Of a stretch of 64,000 nt of DNA, positions 1-10,115 are shown one piece after another (position 1 is the stretch's first letter; each line of letters begins with the position of its first letter). The position numbers and the translations under genes were made by a program. Source of the DNA: Cyclobacteriaceae bacterium (GTDB lineage Bacteria; Bacteroidota; Bacteroidia; Cytophagales; Cyclobacteriaceae); assembly GCA_019638355.1 (NCBI GenBank), contig JAHBTY010000003.1, forward strand, positions 333,325 to 397,324, written 5' to 3'. The notes below the pieces were generated by a model. The model did no database searches. It was not told the DNA's origin and was given only the letters and a program-made list of their open reading frames with translations.

Positions 1-2635
1 ATCGATAATCTGGTTTTTCTTTATCTATCGTGGCGCTATCGTAATCGGGCGCTCTGAATTCTCTGGGCATGCTATATCCGGATATTTTATGAACATCCAA
101 TGCCTTTATATTTTGTAAAGCACTTAGCCTGTTTAAGGTGCCTGCTTTAGTAAATACAGCGATTACTCCATTTCGTCCTGCATCTCCATATAAACTATTT
201 GTCCTTGTAGTAATTTCTATTCTATCAACCATATTGGGGTCAATCATTGCCAAGCGGTCTCCTGCTGTACTACCTGTCTCTACTATCGTATTACCTTCAA
301 AAACCGGAGGACTACCACCTACAGGAACACCATCAACGAGCACTAATGGTTCGGTATTAAGAAGGATGGAAGACGTGCCCCGAATATTAATTTTATAGGT
401 AGTACCGCTTTCACCTAATGCGGAAGTAATTATCATGCCTGGAACTTTGCCCTGTAAGGCTACAACCAGATTTGTGGTGCCGCTATTGACAAGTGTTTCG
501 CCTTTCACCACATGGTCAGGCTTACCAAAAATTTTATGTTGAGTTTCTTGTGGAGGTTCTTCAATCCTTTTACCGGTGATAGTAACTTCCTCGAGTTTAA
601 TTGCATCTTTCGGTGTTTCGTATTCCGAAATGATCCGTTGGATGGATCCGGCATCAACTATATTCCATCGCTTATAAGTTTTCAATGATGAAATTAATGG
701 TTTTTCTCTTTCTATTAATGATACATGACCATACGGTTTACCTCGCTTGTCTTTAGCCTGAAATGTAAAATCAACGCTGTCATAAAACTGAAGGCCATTC
801 AACGTAAATTTTCCTTTTGCATCGGTATTAACCATAAAAAAATCAGCAAACTTCCCTACCACCACCATTAGGTTTGTACGTTCAGGTTTTAGTTTGTCGT
901 TTTTAAAAATTCCTGATAATACTATGCCCTGTTCAACCGGGTAAGCAAGCACGGCAGGTTTTGGCAAATCAGGAAGGGTAAGCCCGGTTAGTATAGTTTC
1001 TTCTTCTTTTACAGGAGTAACTTGTTTCTCATCGGTTATTGAAACAGATAGGTTTGAAATTGCAGGCAGTTTGTTTTCGTCATGAACATAAATAGTCAAC
1101 TCAATCTTTTCGCGAGGCTTGTAGCTTTCTTGGCTGGCAACTACCTGTAAAGAACCATCAGTTGGTGTAGCAGGGTAACTATCGGACTCTAATTTTTCGG
1201 TTAGATTCAAAATTGGAATCGGTTTAAAAGAAAAGCATTGCTCTCCAAAGTTTCGCATCCAGTTGGTATATGCCCGAAGCATATAATTACCGGCAGGCAG
1301 ATTAGGAGGAAGGATAAAATCTGTTGCTGCCCATCCATTCTCAATTTTTACAACCCTATGCTGAATAATTTCTTTCGATGGATTGATTAGCTCGAGATAC
1401 AAAACCTTGCTCAAGGAGTCACGGAACCCTGGCTGACTATAATTCATATAGGCTTTCATCCAGATATTTTCGCCCGGGTAATAATAGGGCTTATCAGTAT
1501 GAGTGTAAACTTTTTCTAGTGGTGATGTATTTTCCAACTTCAAATTCAACAACTGATCTGGTTGGTAATCCAATGGTAGCAAAGAGCCTATTCGATAGTT
1601 ACTTAATTCACCAGAGTAAATCACATCGTTTGAATTAAGTACTACTCCATTATTATTAACCCGAACCTGGTTTCCACGCGCTTCTATCCACGATACTTCC
1701 CCAGGCATATCTTTATAATACCTAACCGTTCCGGGTTTGTTCAGGTAATGAATTTCCGTACGTCCGTTAAGTTGTATTATATATTCATACGGCCTGCCGG
1801 CTGGCATTGAAATATTTTTTGTACTGAACGCAACAACTTTTTTTCCTATTTCTGAATAAAATTGGTCTGATCGTGAATTGACATCAACCGCTCCAGGTTT
1901 ATCAATGTAAAGTCTGTAGCCCTCCTGTATTGCCTGATTGTTTAAAATGGATTTGAATAAATGCCGGTCTGATCCTGAATAAACATGGGCCCTGTTAGAA
2001 GCCCATGTATCTGCTTTGGCAGGGTTACTTAGTTCTTTAAAATAAGCATTGCCGTCAATGGCATAGCCTTGATTGCCAAACTGAAAATTTTTAAGATGAA
2101 ATATTACAGAGTATCCTAAAAAATTATTTACTATTTCAATTGGGGCCGAGGCTTTGGCTACAAAAACCTTTGAATTGCCGGAAGCTCCAAAATCAATTAC
2201 CCAGGGATTAACTATTTTACAGCTTGATATAAATTTTTCTCCTAAAAAGATTTTTTCAAACTGCCTTAATTGTTTTAACCAGTCTTTATCCTGTGTGCTC
2301 TTCACTTCCACTCCCGATAATTCTTGTAACGATTGCGTCAACCGGGCTATCACGGTTATCGTTTGCCCTTCGGTAACGCTAACTTTACTCTGAAAGGTTT
2401 GAAACCCCACATACGAGAAAATTAACTCGTGCGAACCTATTGGAACATTCTTTAGCAGGTAATTGCCATCTGCATCGGAAGTGGTACCAAGTGTTGTGTT
2501 ATTTACAAACACATGGGCGAAAGGCAATGGTTCGAACGTTTGGCCATCTAACACTTTACCGGATATATCTCCGGTTTGGCACCAGGCCAGAGAAACGTTA
2601 CAGATTAATACAACCAGGAAATAAATGAGTCGCAT
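1..2635 (-). CDS. Exported multidomain protein: CarboxypepD_reg-like + MG2-like + TonB-plug-like domains (3' end outside the window, >=878 aa)
   Basis: Manual translation from ATG 2635: MRLIYFLVVLICNVSLAWCQTGDISGKVLDGQTFEPLPFAHVFVNNTTLGTTSDADGNY; internal EKVYTHTDKPYYYPGENIWMKAY; plug-like LQGKVPG...IRG...PLVLVDGVP; still open at position 1 (FRAPDYDSATIDKEKPDYR). Frame checked at several points. Not in the ORF track. Confidence 0.8.
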   Translation of the reverse strand, partial: MRLIYFLVVLICNVSLAWCQTGDISGKVLDGQTFEPLPFAHVFVNNTTLGTTSDADGNYLLKNVPIGSHELIFSYVGFQTFQSKVSVTEGQTITVIARLTQSLQELSGVEVKSTQDKDWLKQLRQFEKIFLGEKFISSCKIVNPWVIDFGASGNSKVFVAKASAPIEIVNNFLGYSVIFHLKNFQFGNQGYAIDGNAYFKELSNPAKADTWASNRAHVYSGSDRHLFKSILNNQAIQEGYRLYIDKPGAVDVNSRSDQFYSEIGKKVVAFSTKNISMPAGRPYEYIIQLNGRTEIHYLNKPGTVRYYKDMPGEVSWIEARGNQVRVNNNGVVLNSNDVIYSGELSNYRIGSLLPLDYQPDQLLNLKLENTSPLEKVYTHTDKPYYYPGENIWMKAYMNYSQPGFRDSLSKVLYLELINPSKEIIQHRVVKIENGWAATDFILPPNLPAGNYMLRAYTNWMRNFGEQCFSFKPIPILNLTEKLESDSYPATPTDGSLQVVASQESYKPREKIELTIYVHDENKLPAISNLSVSITDEKQVTPVKEEETILTGLTLPDLPKPAVLAYPVEQGIVLSGIFKNDKLKPERTNLMVVVGKFADFFMVNTDAKGKFTLNGLQFYDSVDFTFQAKDKRGKPYGHVSLIEREKPLISSLKTYKRWNIVDAGSIQRIISEYETPKDAIKLEEVTITGKRIEEPPQETQHKIFGKPDHVVKGETLVNSGTTNLVVALQGKVPGMIITSALGESGTTYKINIRGTSSILLNTEPLVLVDGVPVGGSPPVFEGNTIVETGSTAGDRLAMIDPNMVDRIEITTRTNSLYGDAGRNGVIAVFTKAGTLNRLSALQNIKALDVHKISGYSMPREFRAPDYDSATIDKEKPDYR

Positions 2636-2789
2636 ATTTCAGTTTCAACAATAAAGATAAGCAGAAGTTTATGATGATAGCTCGCCAAGTGGCTTTGGCT
2701 TGAAGGTCATGCAAGAATGTACGGCCAGTGTGCCTAAAAAAATACGGACAGTTACCTCCAGATGCAACCTGGTAGTTTCTGATACACAT

Positions 2790-3044
2790 GATACCTGAAC
2801 TTGTTTCAACAATTGAATGCGGCCACCGGTTCTGGCCACTAAGTTTACGGGTGCGGGAGTGGTGGTAATTACTACTGTGGCCGTAAGCAAGTCGGGGTAT
2901 TTGATAAACCAGGTAACACCTAACAAAGCAAGCATAACAAAAAAAATTACAGTAATACCCCAGCGTATCAGTCCACCAGGTACTTGCCAAATTATTTCCA
3001 ATACTTTGTTACTTCGTATTTCGAGATCATTTCACATTTTCCAT
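2790..3044 (-). pseudogene. 5' remnant of a HlyD-family secretion protein, frameshifted and truncated
   Basis: ATG GAA AAT GTG AAA TGA at 3044; removing one A gives MENVNDLEIRSNKVLEIIWQVPGGLIRWGITVIFF..KYPDLLTATVVITTTPAPVNLVARTGGRI, typical of Bacteroidota HlyD N-termini. Similarity is lost near 2800; left boundary approximate. Confidence 0.65.
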
Positions 3045-3159
3045 ATCTTTCCAAGATAAGAGAGGAAGGTTATTAAAGTATTACCTTACCTAAAATACTA
3101 TTTGTTTTGTTCCACACCAGATTATTCCACATTTTCGTTATTCACATGCTATAAAATAT

Positions 3160-4014
3160 ATGAAACAACTTGCCTTTTTTCTCCTTCTAATTGCCAACCT
3201 GTCAGTTGCCCAATCCGGTAAGGTATTGGATAATGAATCGTTGCCTAGTAAAATTCTAGGTGGTAATCGTAAGTACGCGGTGTACCTGCCGCCCGATTAC
3301 GAAAGTTCGAAGCGAAGTTACCCCGTGTTGTATTTGTTACACGGAGCGGGCGATGACCAAACCGGCTGGGTGCAATTTGGTGAAGTATTGAATATTACCG
3401 ATAAAGCCATTGCCAATGGCACGGCCACTCCCATGATTATCGTAATGCCCGATGCCAAAACCGGCCAGATGGGTTACTTTAATAACATCAAAAACGACTG
3501 GCGCTATGAAGATTTCTTTTTCGAAGAATTTATCCCCTACATCGAAAAGACCTATCGTATAAAAAGCGAAAAAAGATTTCGGGCTGTAGCCGGACTTTCC
3601 ATGGGTGGTGGCGGCTCGTTTATGTATGCCCTGCATCATCCTGAGTTGTTTTCATCGGCTTGTCCGCTAAGTGCTTATGTGGGCCCTTTAACAATTGATG
3701 ATGTAAAGACCTTTATGACACGCACCAATCAAAAAGCTACCGATGCTGAGTTAGAAGCCTACTTCAAAAAACATAATGCTATTAATCTCGTAAACGACAT
3801 TAAGGACGATCAGAAAAAAGCAGTGCGTTGGTACATTGATTGTGGTGACGATGATTTTTTGTACGAAGGCAATTCCCTTATTCACATTGCGATGAAGAAA
3901 AAAGAAATTCCACACGAGTTTCGCGTGCGCGATGGTGGCCACACATGGACCTACTGGCGCACAGCCTTACCCGATGTATTGCGATTTGTGTCTGAAGCCT
4001 TTCATCAGTATTGA
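3160..4014 (+). CDS. Exported alpha/beta-hydrolase, putative esterase family
   Basis: Signal peptide; YPVLYLLHG, nucleophile elbow AGLSMGG, C-terminal GGHTW. Confidence 0.85.
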   Translation: MKQLAFFLLLIANLSVAQSGKVLDNESLPSKILGGNRKYAVYLPPDYESSKRSYPVLYLLHGAGDDQTGWVQFGEVLNITDKAIANGTATPMIIVMPDAKTGQMGYFNNIKNDWRYEDFFFEEFIPYIEKTYRIKSEKRFRAVAGLSMGGGGSFMYALHHPELFSSACPLSAYVGPLTIDDVKTFMTRTNQKATDAELEAYFKKHNAINLVNDIKDDQKKAVRWYIDCGDDDFLYEGNSLIHIAMKKKEIPHEFRVRDGGHTWTYWRTALPDVLRFVSEAFHQY

Positions 4015-4039
4015 TCTTTAATTGTTTTATAGTTAGCCC

Positions 4040-5713
4040 ATGAGGAAAATTCTTTTTGTATTAATGTTGGCGGGAACGAGCGTTTCTGCGCAGGATGTGT
4101 TGTTGGATGTGTTAAAGGAAGAACTTAACCGCGAGGTAAAAGAGTTTGCTAAAATCGAAAGTCCGCCTTATTACCTGGCCTATCGGGTAAACGATGTTGC
4201 CTATACACAGATCGAATCTTCCTTTGGCAGTCTGGTACAATCGTACAGCAACCGCAACCGACTTTTATTTACAACAGTACGCGTGGGCGATTATGCATTT
4301 GATAATACACATCCTGCCGAAGAAGGACGCTGGGGTGGATATGATGAAGGCGGTGCCGGGGGTAATGCCGTGCCCATACCGGTTGATAATTCACCTGAAG
4401 CCATCCGGTATTCGATCTGGCGTGTAACCCAAAACAGTTACAAACAAGCTCGCGAAACCTTGAAGTCGCTAAAGAATAGTCCGGCCAGCATGAAGAATAA
4501 GTTGGAAGACTTTTCTAAAACCAAACCCGAACAATTTATTGAACCACCCCTTGACGAAAATTGGTTTAACACAGAAGAGTGGCAAGCCAAAGTGCGCAAG
4601 TACTCAGCTCCGTTTCAAAAAAATCCGGATATGGTTTCGGGTGATGTGAGTTTACAATTGGTAAGCGAGCGAAAATATTTTGTTTCATCGGAAGGTAGCA
4701 GCGTGGTGCAAAATCAGCGCTATGTCTATTTAATGATCAACGGAAACATACGTGCTAAAGATGGCGACATTGTGCCTTTGCATAAATCGTTCTTTGCTTT
4801 TTCCCCGGAAGGGTTACCAACTGACGAGGTTGTGCTGCAAGAGGTTAATAAATTGATTACCATTCTTACAAAACTAAAAGATGCGCCATTAGCCGAGCCC
4901 TACACTGGCCCCGCTATTCTGGATGCACAAGTAGCGGGTGTTTTCTTTCATGAAATTTTTGGCCATCGGGTGGAAGGGGAAAGACTTCGCAACGATATGG
5001 ACAGTCAAACCTTCAAAGAAAAAATCGGGCAACCCGTTTTAAATAAAAACCTGAGTGTGATTTTTGATCCAACACTGAAAGAATTTCAAGGCAAACCATT
5101 AAATGGGTTTTATCGCTACGATGATGAGGGGGTGAAAGGCCAGCGTGTTGTGGTGGTAGATAATGGAATTCTGAAAACCTTTCTGATGTCGCGCACACCA
5201 CTTGAATCCGTTAAAGTATCAAACGGTCATGGTCGGGCCGATGCCAGTAGCGATCCGGTATCGCGACAGTCAAACCTGATTGTAGAAGCTTCCAAGTCAG
5301 TCGCATTTCAGGATTTAAGAAAGATGCTGATGCAGGAAGCGAAGAAGCAGGGCCGCGCGTATGGCTACTACTTTAAAGATGTGGTGGGTGGGTTTACTAC
5401 TACCGATCGCTTTAATCCCAATGCCTTTAATATTTTTCCTACCGAAGTATATCGGGTATATGCCGATGGCCGGCCCGATGAATTGGTGCGCGGTGTTGAT
5501 CTGATCGGAACTCCGCTGGCTATGTTTGCCGAAATAACCGCAGCCGATAAACAGTCAGCAATTTTTACCGGCTTTTGTGGCGCAGAATCAGGCAGCGTGC
5601 CGGTCACGGCTATTTCACCTTCTTTGTTTGTTCGCAGAATCGAAACGCAAAAGAAACCCCAGGCAGATATTGAGACCACCGTGTTAAAGACACCAACAAC
5701 TAACGAGTATTGA
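4040..5713 (+). CDS. tldD: TldD-family metalloprotease, catalytic-type subunit, with signal peptide
   Basis: YTGPAIL, HEIFGH (HExxxH), GHGRA, C-terminal GFCG Cys ligand; N-terminus MRKILFVLMLAGTSVSAQ. Confidence 0.85.
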   Translation: MRKILFVLMLAGTSVSAQDVLLDVLKEELNREVKEFAKIESPPYYLAYRVNDVAYTQIESSFGSLVQSYSNRNRLLFTTVRVGDYAFDNTHPAEEGRWGGYDEGGAGGNAVPIPVDNSPEAIRYSIWRVTQNSYKQARETLKSLKNSPASMKNKLEDFSKTKPEQFIEPPLDENWFNTEEWQAKVRKYSAPFQKNPDMVSGDVSLQLVSERKYFVSSEGSSVVQNQRYVYLMINGNIRAKDGDIVPLHKSFFAFSPEGLPTDEVVLQEVNKLITILTKLKDAPLAEPYTGPAILDAQVAGVFFHEIFGHRVEGERLRNDMDSQTFKEKIGQPVLNKNLSVIFDPTLKEFQGKPLNGFYRYDDEGVKGQRVVVVDNGILKTFLMSRTPLESVKVSNGHGRADASSDPVSRQSNLIVEASKSVAFQDLRKMLMQEAKKQGRAYGYYFKDVVGGFTTTDRFNPNAFNIFPTEVYRVYADGRPDELVRGVDLIGTPLAMFAEITAADKQSAIFTGFCGAESGSVPVTAISPSLFVRRIETQKKPQADIETTVLKTPTTNEY

Positions 5714-5714
5714 T

Positions 5715-7358
5715 ATGAAGAAGCATCTCTTCTCTTTTATAGGATTTATTGTACTGGTACAAATCGGTTTTGCACAACCGAATGTACTTCAAAAGGCCAT
5801 GCAAGACGAGATTGATCGCAGCATGAAAGAGTTACAATTGGACACCTTGCAAAAACCTTGCTATGTAAGTTGTTCCATTAACGATGTTACCATGTATTCC
5901 ATCTCAGCTGTGTTAGGGGGTGTGGTAAACTCAAACGAAATAAAAAGCAGAACAAAAGGAAATCGGGTGCTGGTAGGTACTTACGAATTAAATGACGAAA
6001 GCCTCGATAATAACTTGTTCTCATCGCCTGAAATGAATGATATACAAGTGCCATTGGATGACGATTACCTCGGGGTGCGCAGAGCGCTATGGGTGTCGAT
6101 TGACAACGTATATAAAAATGCAGCTCGCCAACATGCCAAGAATGTAGAAACGTGGAAAGAGCAGAAGAAACCACTGGAAGAAATTCCGCATCGTGTATTT
6201 GCAAAACTACCAGCTATAAAAATTCAAAGCGATTACGCTTTTACCACTTTCGATAAAAAACAATGGGAAGCTAATCTGCGTCAACTCACGCAAAGATTTG
6301 TGAAATCTGCCTATCCGGCTTCTAATCTCTCGCTCAATTACATTCGTGGGTACGATTATTTTGAGAGCAGTGAAGGCACTTCGTTGAAGTTACCGGTTGA
6401 ACGCGTGATGCTTCAATTAGCAATTGTCGGTCGCGATGAAGAAGGTGAACTTGTTTTTGATCAGGCTGTGTGGGCTGCATCGCATCCCAACGAATTACCA
6501 ACTGTGACCCAACTTGAAGCCGATATTGAAGCGCGGTTAAAAAAATTGGAAGAACGTAAGAAGACTGTAAAGTTTGATGATGATTATACCGGCCCTGTTT
6601 TGTTGGAAGGTAGTTCTGTGGCAGATTTTATGTCAAGCGTTTTGTTTATGGGCCGAGAACGATTATTGTATGATAACAATATTCCCAGCCTTACGGGATT
6701 CAGAAACGATACCCGTAATTCCATGGAATCAAAGATTGGGAAAAACGTGGCCGCTACTTCATTAACCGTAAAAGCATTGGCTCATACCAAATCGCACAAA
6801 GGCGTAAAATTGTTGGGCGCTTTCGAGGCTGACTCAGAAGGTGTGGTACCACCCAACGAACTATCACTTATTGATAAAGGCATTCTGAAAGATTTGCTTA
6901 ACGACAGAAGTCTTACTTCCGCCACACAAACAGCCAATGGTCATCGCGATGGCCCCGGTGTTATTCAGGTTATGGTAAGTGATGTGGTTAATAAAAAACA
7001 ACTAAAGGATAAATTAATCGCACAGGCAAAAGATGCAGGCCTTGATTATGCGGTAATTATTCGCAACGAAAACTTTGGTCGCATTGGTATGTTTAATGTT
7101 TATAAGGTAAATCTGGAAACAGGTGCCGAAGAGTTTCAGCGCCAGGCACGGTTCAGTCAGCTTTCTTTTCGTAACCTGCGAAAAATTTCAGCAACTGATG
7201 AAGATGCAGCTTTTAACCTGCCGGGCTTTGGAGCTGACGGGCGTTTTACTTCCTACATTGTTCCACAAGCCATGCTAATAGGCGAAGTTGAGATTGTACG
7301 AGCCGAGATTCCATCGTACAAGGAAGATGAGTTTGTAAAAGATCCACTTAAACAATAA
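5715..7358 (+). CDS. TldE/PmbA-like non-catalytic partner with signal peptide
   Basis: Paralogous to the upstream gene (YTGPVLLEG, DSEGV, LIDKGILK, ANGH); lacks HExxxH and the Cys ligand; starts 2 nt after the tldD stop. Confidence 0.75.
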   Translation: MKKHLFSFIGFIVLVQIGFAQPNVLQKAMQDEIDRSMKELQLDTLQKPCYVSCSINDVTMYSISAVLGGVVNSNEIKSRTKGNRVLVGTYELNDESLDNNLFSSPEMNDIQVPLDDDYLGVRRALWVSIDNVYKNAARQHAKNVETWKEQKKPLEEIPHRVFAKLPAIKIQSDYAFTTFDKKQWEANLRQLTQRFVKSAYPASNLSLNYIRGYDYFESSEGTSLKLPVERVMLQLAIVGRDEEGELVFDQAVWAASHPNELPTVTQLEADIEARLKKLEERKKTVKFDDDYTGPVLLEGSSVADFMSSVLFMGRERLLYDNNIPSLTGFRNDTRNSMESKIGKNVAATSLTVKALAHTKSHKGVKLLGAFEADSEGVVPPNELSLIDKGILKDLLNDRSLTSATQTANGHRDGPGVIQVMVSDVVNKKQLKDKLIAQAKDAGLDYAVIIRNENFGRIGMFNVYKVNLETGAEEFQRQARFSQLSFRNLRKISATDEDAAFNLPGFGADGRFTSYIVPQAMLIGEVEIVRAEIPSYKEDEFVKDPLKQ

Positions 7359-7414
7359 CCGACCAGAGCGTAAATAGCCCGGTAAACGTTTACACCTACT
7401 GTTCCGTTATCTGC

Positions 7415-7422
7415 TAATTTTG
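7415..7422 (+). promoter_or_regulatory. Bacteroidota housekeeping -7 promoter element
   Basis: TAATTTTG matches TAnnTTTG, 5 nt before ATG 7428. Confidence 0.6.
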
Positions 7423-7427
7423 CAGCC

Positions 7428-10019
7428 ATGAAGTTTAGATTGAATTTAGGGATGGCTATAGTGGGTTTGCTATTCATTGCATTTTCTTCGTACGCGCAGC
7501 TAAACCAGGCACGCATTGCCCAAAACCGGTTGCAGGCCGGCAAGTGGGATCGTGCATATCGCTCACTTAAAAAATCTATCCGAAAAGATTCGCTCGACAT
7601 TGAAAGCCAGGTGGTATTAACCCAATGGTTTTTGGCAACCGGCAATCCTGATTTTCATGTTGACTCAGCAGATTATTACTTGCGTAAATCCTTGCATCGC
7701 TACAATACACTTTCAAACCGCGAGCGTGAACGCTTACAGCGGTTTCCCGTTGATAGCGCAGGGTTCAGTTTACTTCGGCAACATATCGATAGCATAGCCT
7801 TTGAGCAAGCCAAGCAAGTAAACAACGAATTGGTTTACATTCGGTACCTCCAAAAATTTCCAAACGCTAAGCAAACGCAACAAGCTATTGAACTACGCGA
7901 TGAGGTAAGTTACCTGAATGCTTTACGTTCAAATACTACTGAGTCCTTTCATGAGTTTTTGAAAAAATACCCCAACTCGTTACGAGCGCAGGAGGCAAAA
8001 ACACGGTATGATAAATTATTATTTGAAGATAAAACCCGTGATAAAAATCTTGCCAGTTATCAACAATTTGCAATTCATTATCCAACAAGTCCTTACAACC
8101 AGTTAGTTCATCAGCAAATTTTTGAAATCATCACCGCTTCTGGCCAACCCGAAAGCTTCTTAACCTATTTAGCAGAATATCCAGAAGCTCCCTATTCAAA
8201 CCAGGCACGCAATATTTTGTTTCATTTGTATAAAGAGTGGGATGAAAAAATTCCTGATCAGGTTCTTACCGATTCACTGAAACATGTACTGACAATTGAT
8301 AAACAAAGTTGGATAGCAATCTATAAAAATGGTTTATTCGGTTTTATGGATCAAGCCGGACACGAAGTACTTGCACCACAGTTTGATTACCTGGAAGAAG
8401 ACTATAAGTGCGAAGCTGTTCAGGATGATATTCTGGTTTTGAAATCCGGTGTTTTTAGCAGAACTGGAAAAAAATTAGCCGATGCCGGAACTCAGGTTAC
8501 TTCCATCGGTTATGGATTTTTGAAAACAAATACTAAAGGCTGTACGCAGGTTATTCATAAATCGGGTCTTGAAATAGTTTCAGTTTGCTATCATGATTTC
8601 AAAATCGCTGGCGGAAACTTTATTGTGGGCTATCGAAATAACACGGCTGATTTATTTACGCTAACCGGCCGCCAACTACCGATAACAGGTTTAACTGATG
8701 TACGCGAGATCGAAGATGTATTAATTCTTTATCGACTCGGCAAAAAGGTGCTGGTTACCCCACAACAAATAGCTGCTGTTGCCGATGGATTACCAGTACC
8801 CGATCAGTTTGTGTTCGATGATGTGGTAGCGCTTTCCAAAGGCCGGTTGTTGGTTCGCAACGGGGTATTGGAAGGTGTACTTACCAATAACCTGGTGTTC
8901 ATCATTCCGTTGGATCGGCACACCCTAACGCAAACACCGTTTGCATTATTGGAAACAAGGCCAACCGGAACATTGGTTCATGGACTATCCGATGCTTTAA
9001 AGGGAAAGGAATGGCACAAGGTAGCCTATCATCAACAATGGTTAATGCTTACCGCTAATGGTAACATGCAATTGTATCATGTGCCTTCAAAAAAAATAGC
9101 CGAAGTAAAAGCCGACAGTGTGTGGTTTGAACAACGGCTGGCATTTGTGCAAGCGGGTGCACAGGTTAAGGTATTTTTATCGGCTACGCGTTCGCTTGAT
9201 CTTCCGCCCGACTCGAAAATAAAATTTATAGCAGCCCGCGATTCGGTTCGGTATTTCTATACCGAAAACAGAAATAAACGCAGTGTGTTTAGCCTGGCCG
9301 ATGGCGAACAAAAGTTTACAACCGAGTTTGAATTAATTGAAACAATTGAGGATTATTTTGTAGTTGCGAAATCAAACCGAAAGGGTTTATTGAATAGTTC
9401 CGGAAAAGAAGTTGTGCCGGTTGAAATGGAAACTATTGTTTTAAATCCGGCAGGCCAGCTATCATTATTGAAGAACCGTAAGTTTGGATTATATGATTTT
9501 AATCAACGTAAGTTTATTAAGCCGGATTATGAACGTAACCTCGTTACCGTAGGCAACCAATACCTGATTGCCTTTCGCGATGGTAAATATGGCATTGTGG
9601 GTTGGGATACAAAACCGGTTACTGCATTTGATTACGATGAAGTAGTTCCATGGCAGGGCGATTGGATTTGGATTAAACAAAATCACCAATGGATATTGCT
9701 GAATTTTAAAACACAGCAAATAGAAATTGATAAAGTGCGCGGGTTTTCCTGGATTAAAAAAGGAACAAGTGAAAATATTGTACGCATTCAGCGCGAGAAT
9801 TTTTTCGGAATAGTTAGCACCCGCGGTACCATTATCCCGCCAACATTCCATCAGGTAATTAACCTGGGTACACCCGATGCACCCTTTTATCTTACCGAAA
9901 AGCAAGTGGAGGAAGCCGGCATTTATGTGGTAATCTATTACAATGCCGATGGTAAATTAGTACGCAGGCAAGCTTTGGAAGAAGACGAATACGATGCCCT
10001 TATGTGCGATTCGTTTTAA
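7428..10019 (+). CDS. Exported WG-repeat protein with N-terminal helical (TPR-like) repeats
   Basis: Signal peptide; repeated FLxxYPxS..EA helices; WG-repeat-like units NGLFGFMDQAGHEVLAPQFD, KGLLNSSGKEVVP, DGKYGIV. Confidence 0.75.
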   Translation: MKFRLNLGMAIVGLLFIAFSSYAQLNQARIAQNRLQAGKWDRAYRSLKKSIRKDSLDIESQVVLTQWFLATGNPDFHVDSADYYLRKSLHRYNTLSNRERERLQRFPVDSAGFSLLRQHIDSIAFEQAKQVNNELVYIRYLQKFPNAKQTQQAIELRDEVSYLNALRSNTTESFHEFLKKYPNSLRAQEAKTRYDKLLFEDKTRDKNLASYQQFAIHYPTSPYNQLVHQQIFEIITASGQPESFLTYLAEYPEAPYSNQARNILFHLYKEWDEKIPDQVLTDSLKHVLTIDKQSWIAIYKNGLFGFMDQAGHEVLAPQFDYLEEDYKCEAVQDDILVLKSGVFSRTGKKLADAGTQVTSIGYGFLKTNTKGCTQVIHKSGLEIVSVCYHDFKIAGGNFIVGYRNNTADLFTLTGRQLPITGLTDVREIEDVLILYRLGKKVLVTPQQIAAVADGLPVPDQFVFDDVVALSKGRLLVRNGVLEGVLTNNLVFIIPLDRHTLTQTPFALLETRPTGTLVHGLSDALKGKEWHKVAYHQQWLMLTANGNMQLYHVPSKKIAEVKADSVWFEQRLAFVQAGAQVKVFLSATRSLDLPPDSKIKFIAARDSVRYFYTENRNKRSVFSLADGEQKFTTEFELIETIEDYFVVAKSNRKGLLNSSGKEVVPVEMETIVLNPAGQLSLLKNRKFGLYDFNQRKFIKPDYERNLVTVGNQYLIAFRDGKYGIVGWDTKPVTAFDYDEVVPWQGDWIWIKQNHQWILLNFKTQQIEIDKVRGFSWIKKGTSENIVRIQRENFFGIVSTRGTIIPPTFHQVINLGTPDAPFYLTEKQVEEAGIYVVIYYNADGKLVRRQALEEDEYDALMCDSF

Positions 10020-10115
10020 CATCCCCTGGTAGGGTGGAATCATCACATACCTTTCACAAAAGTTTAATTTACTTACCCAGTGTTTGTGCGTATTATTGAG
10101 AAAAATAAGAAAGTT

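Noticed and set aside
138-2990. Short ORFs at 138, 2154, 2440, 2598 and 2817
   Set aside because: Antisense or off-frame shadows of the long minus-strand gene and the HlyD remnant; no recognisable motifs.
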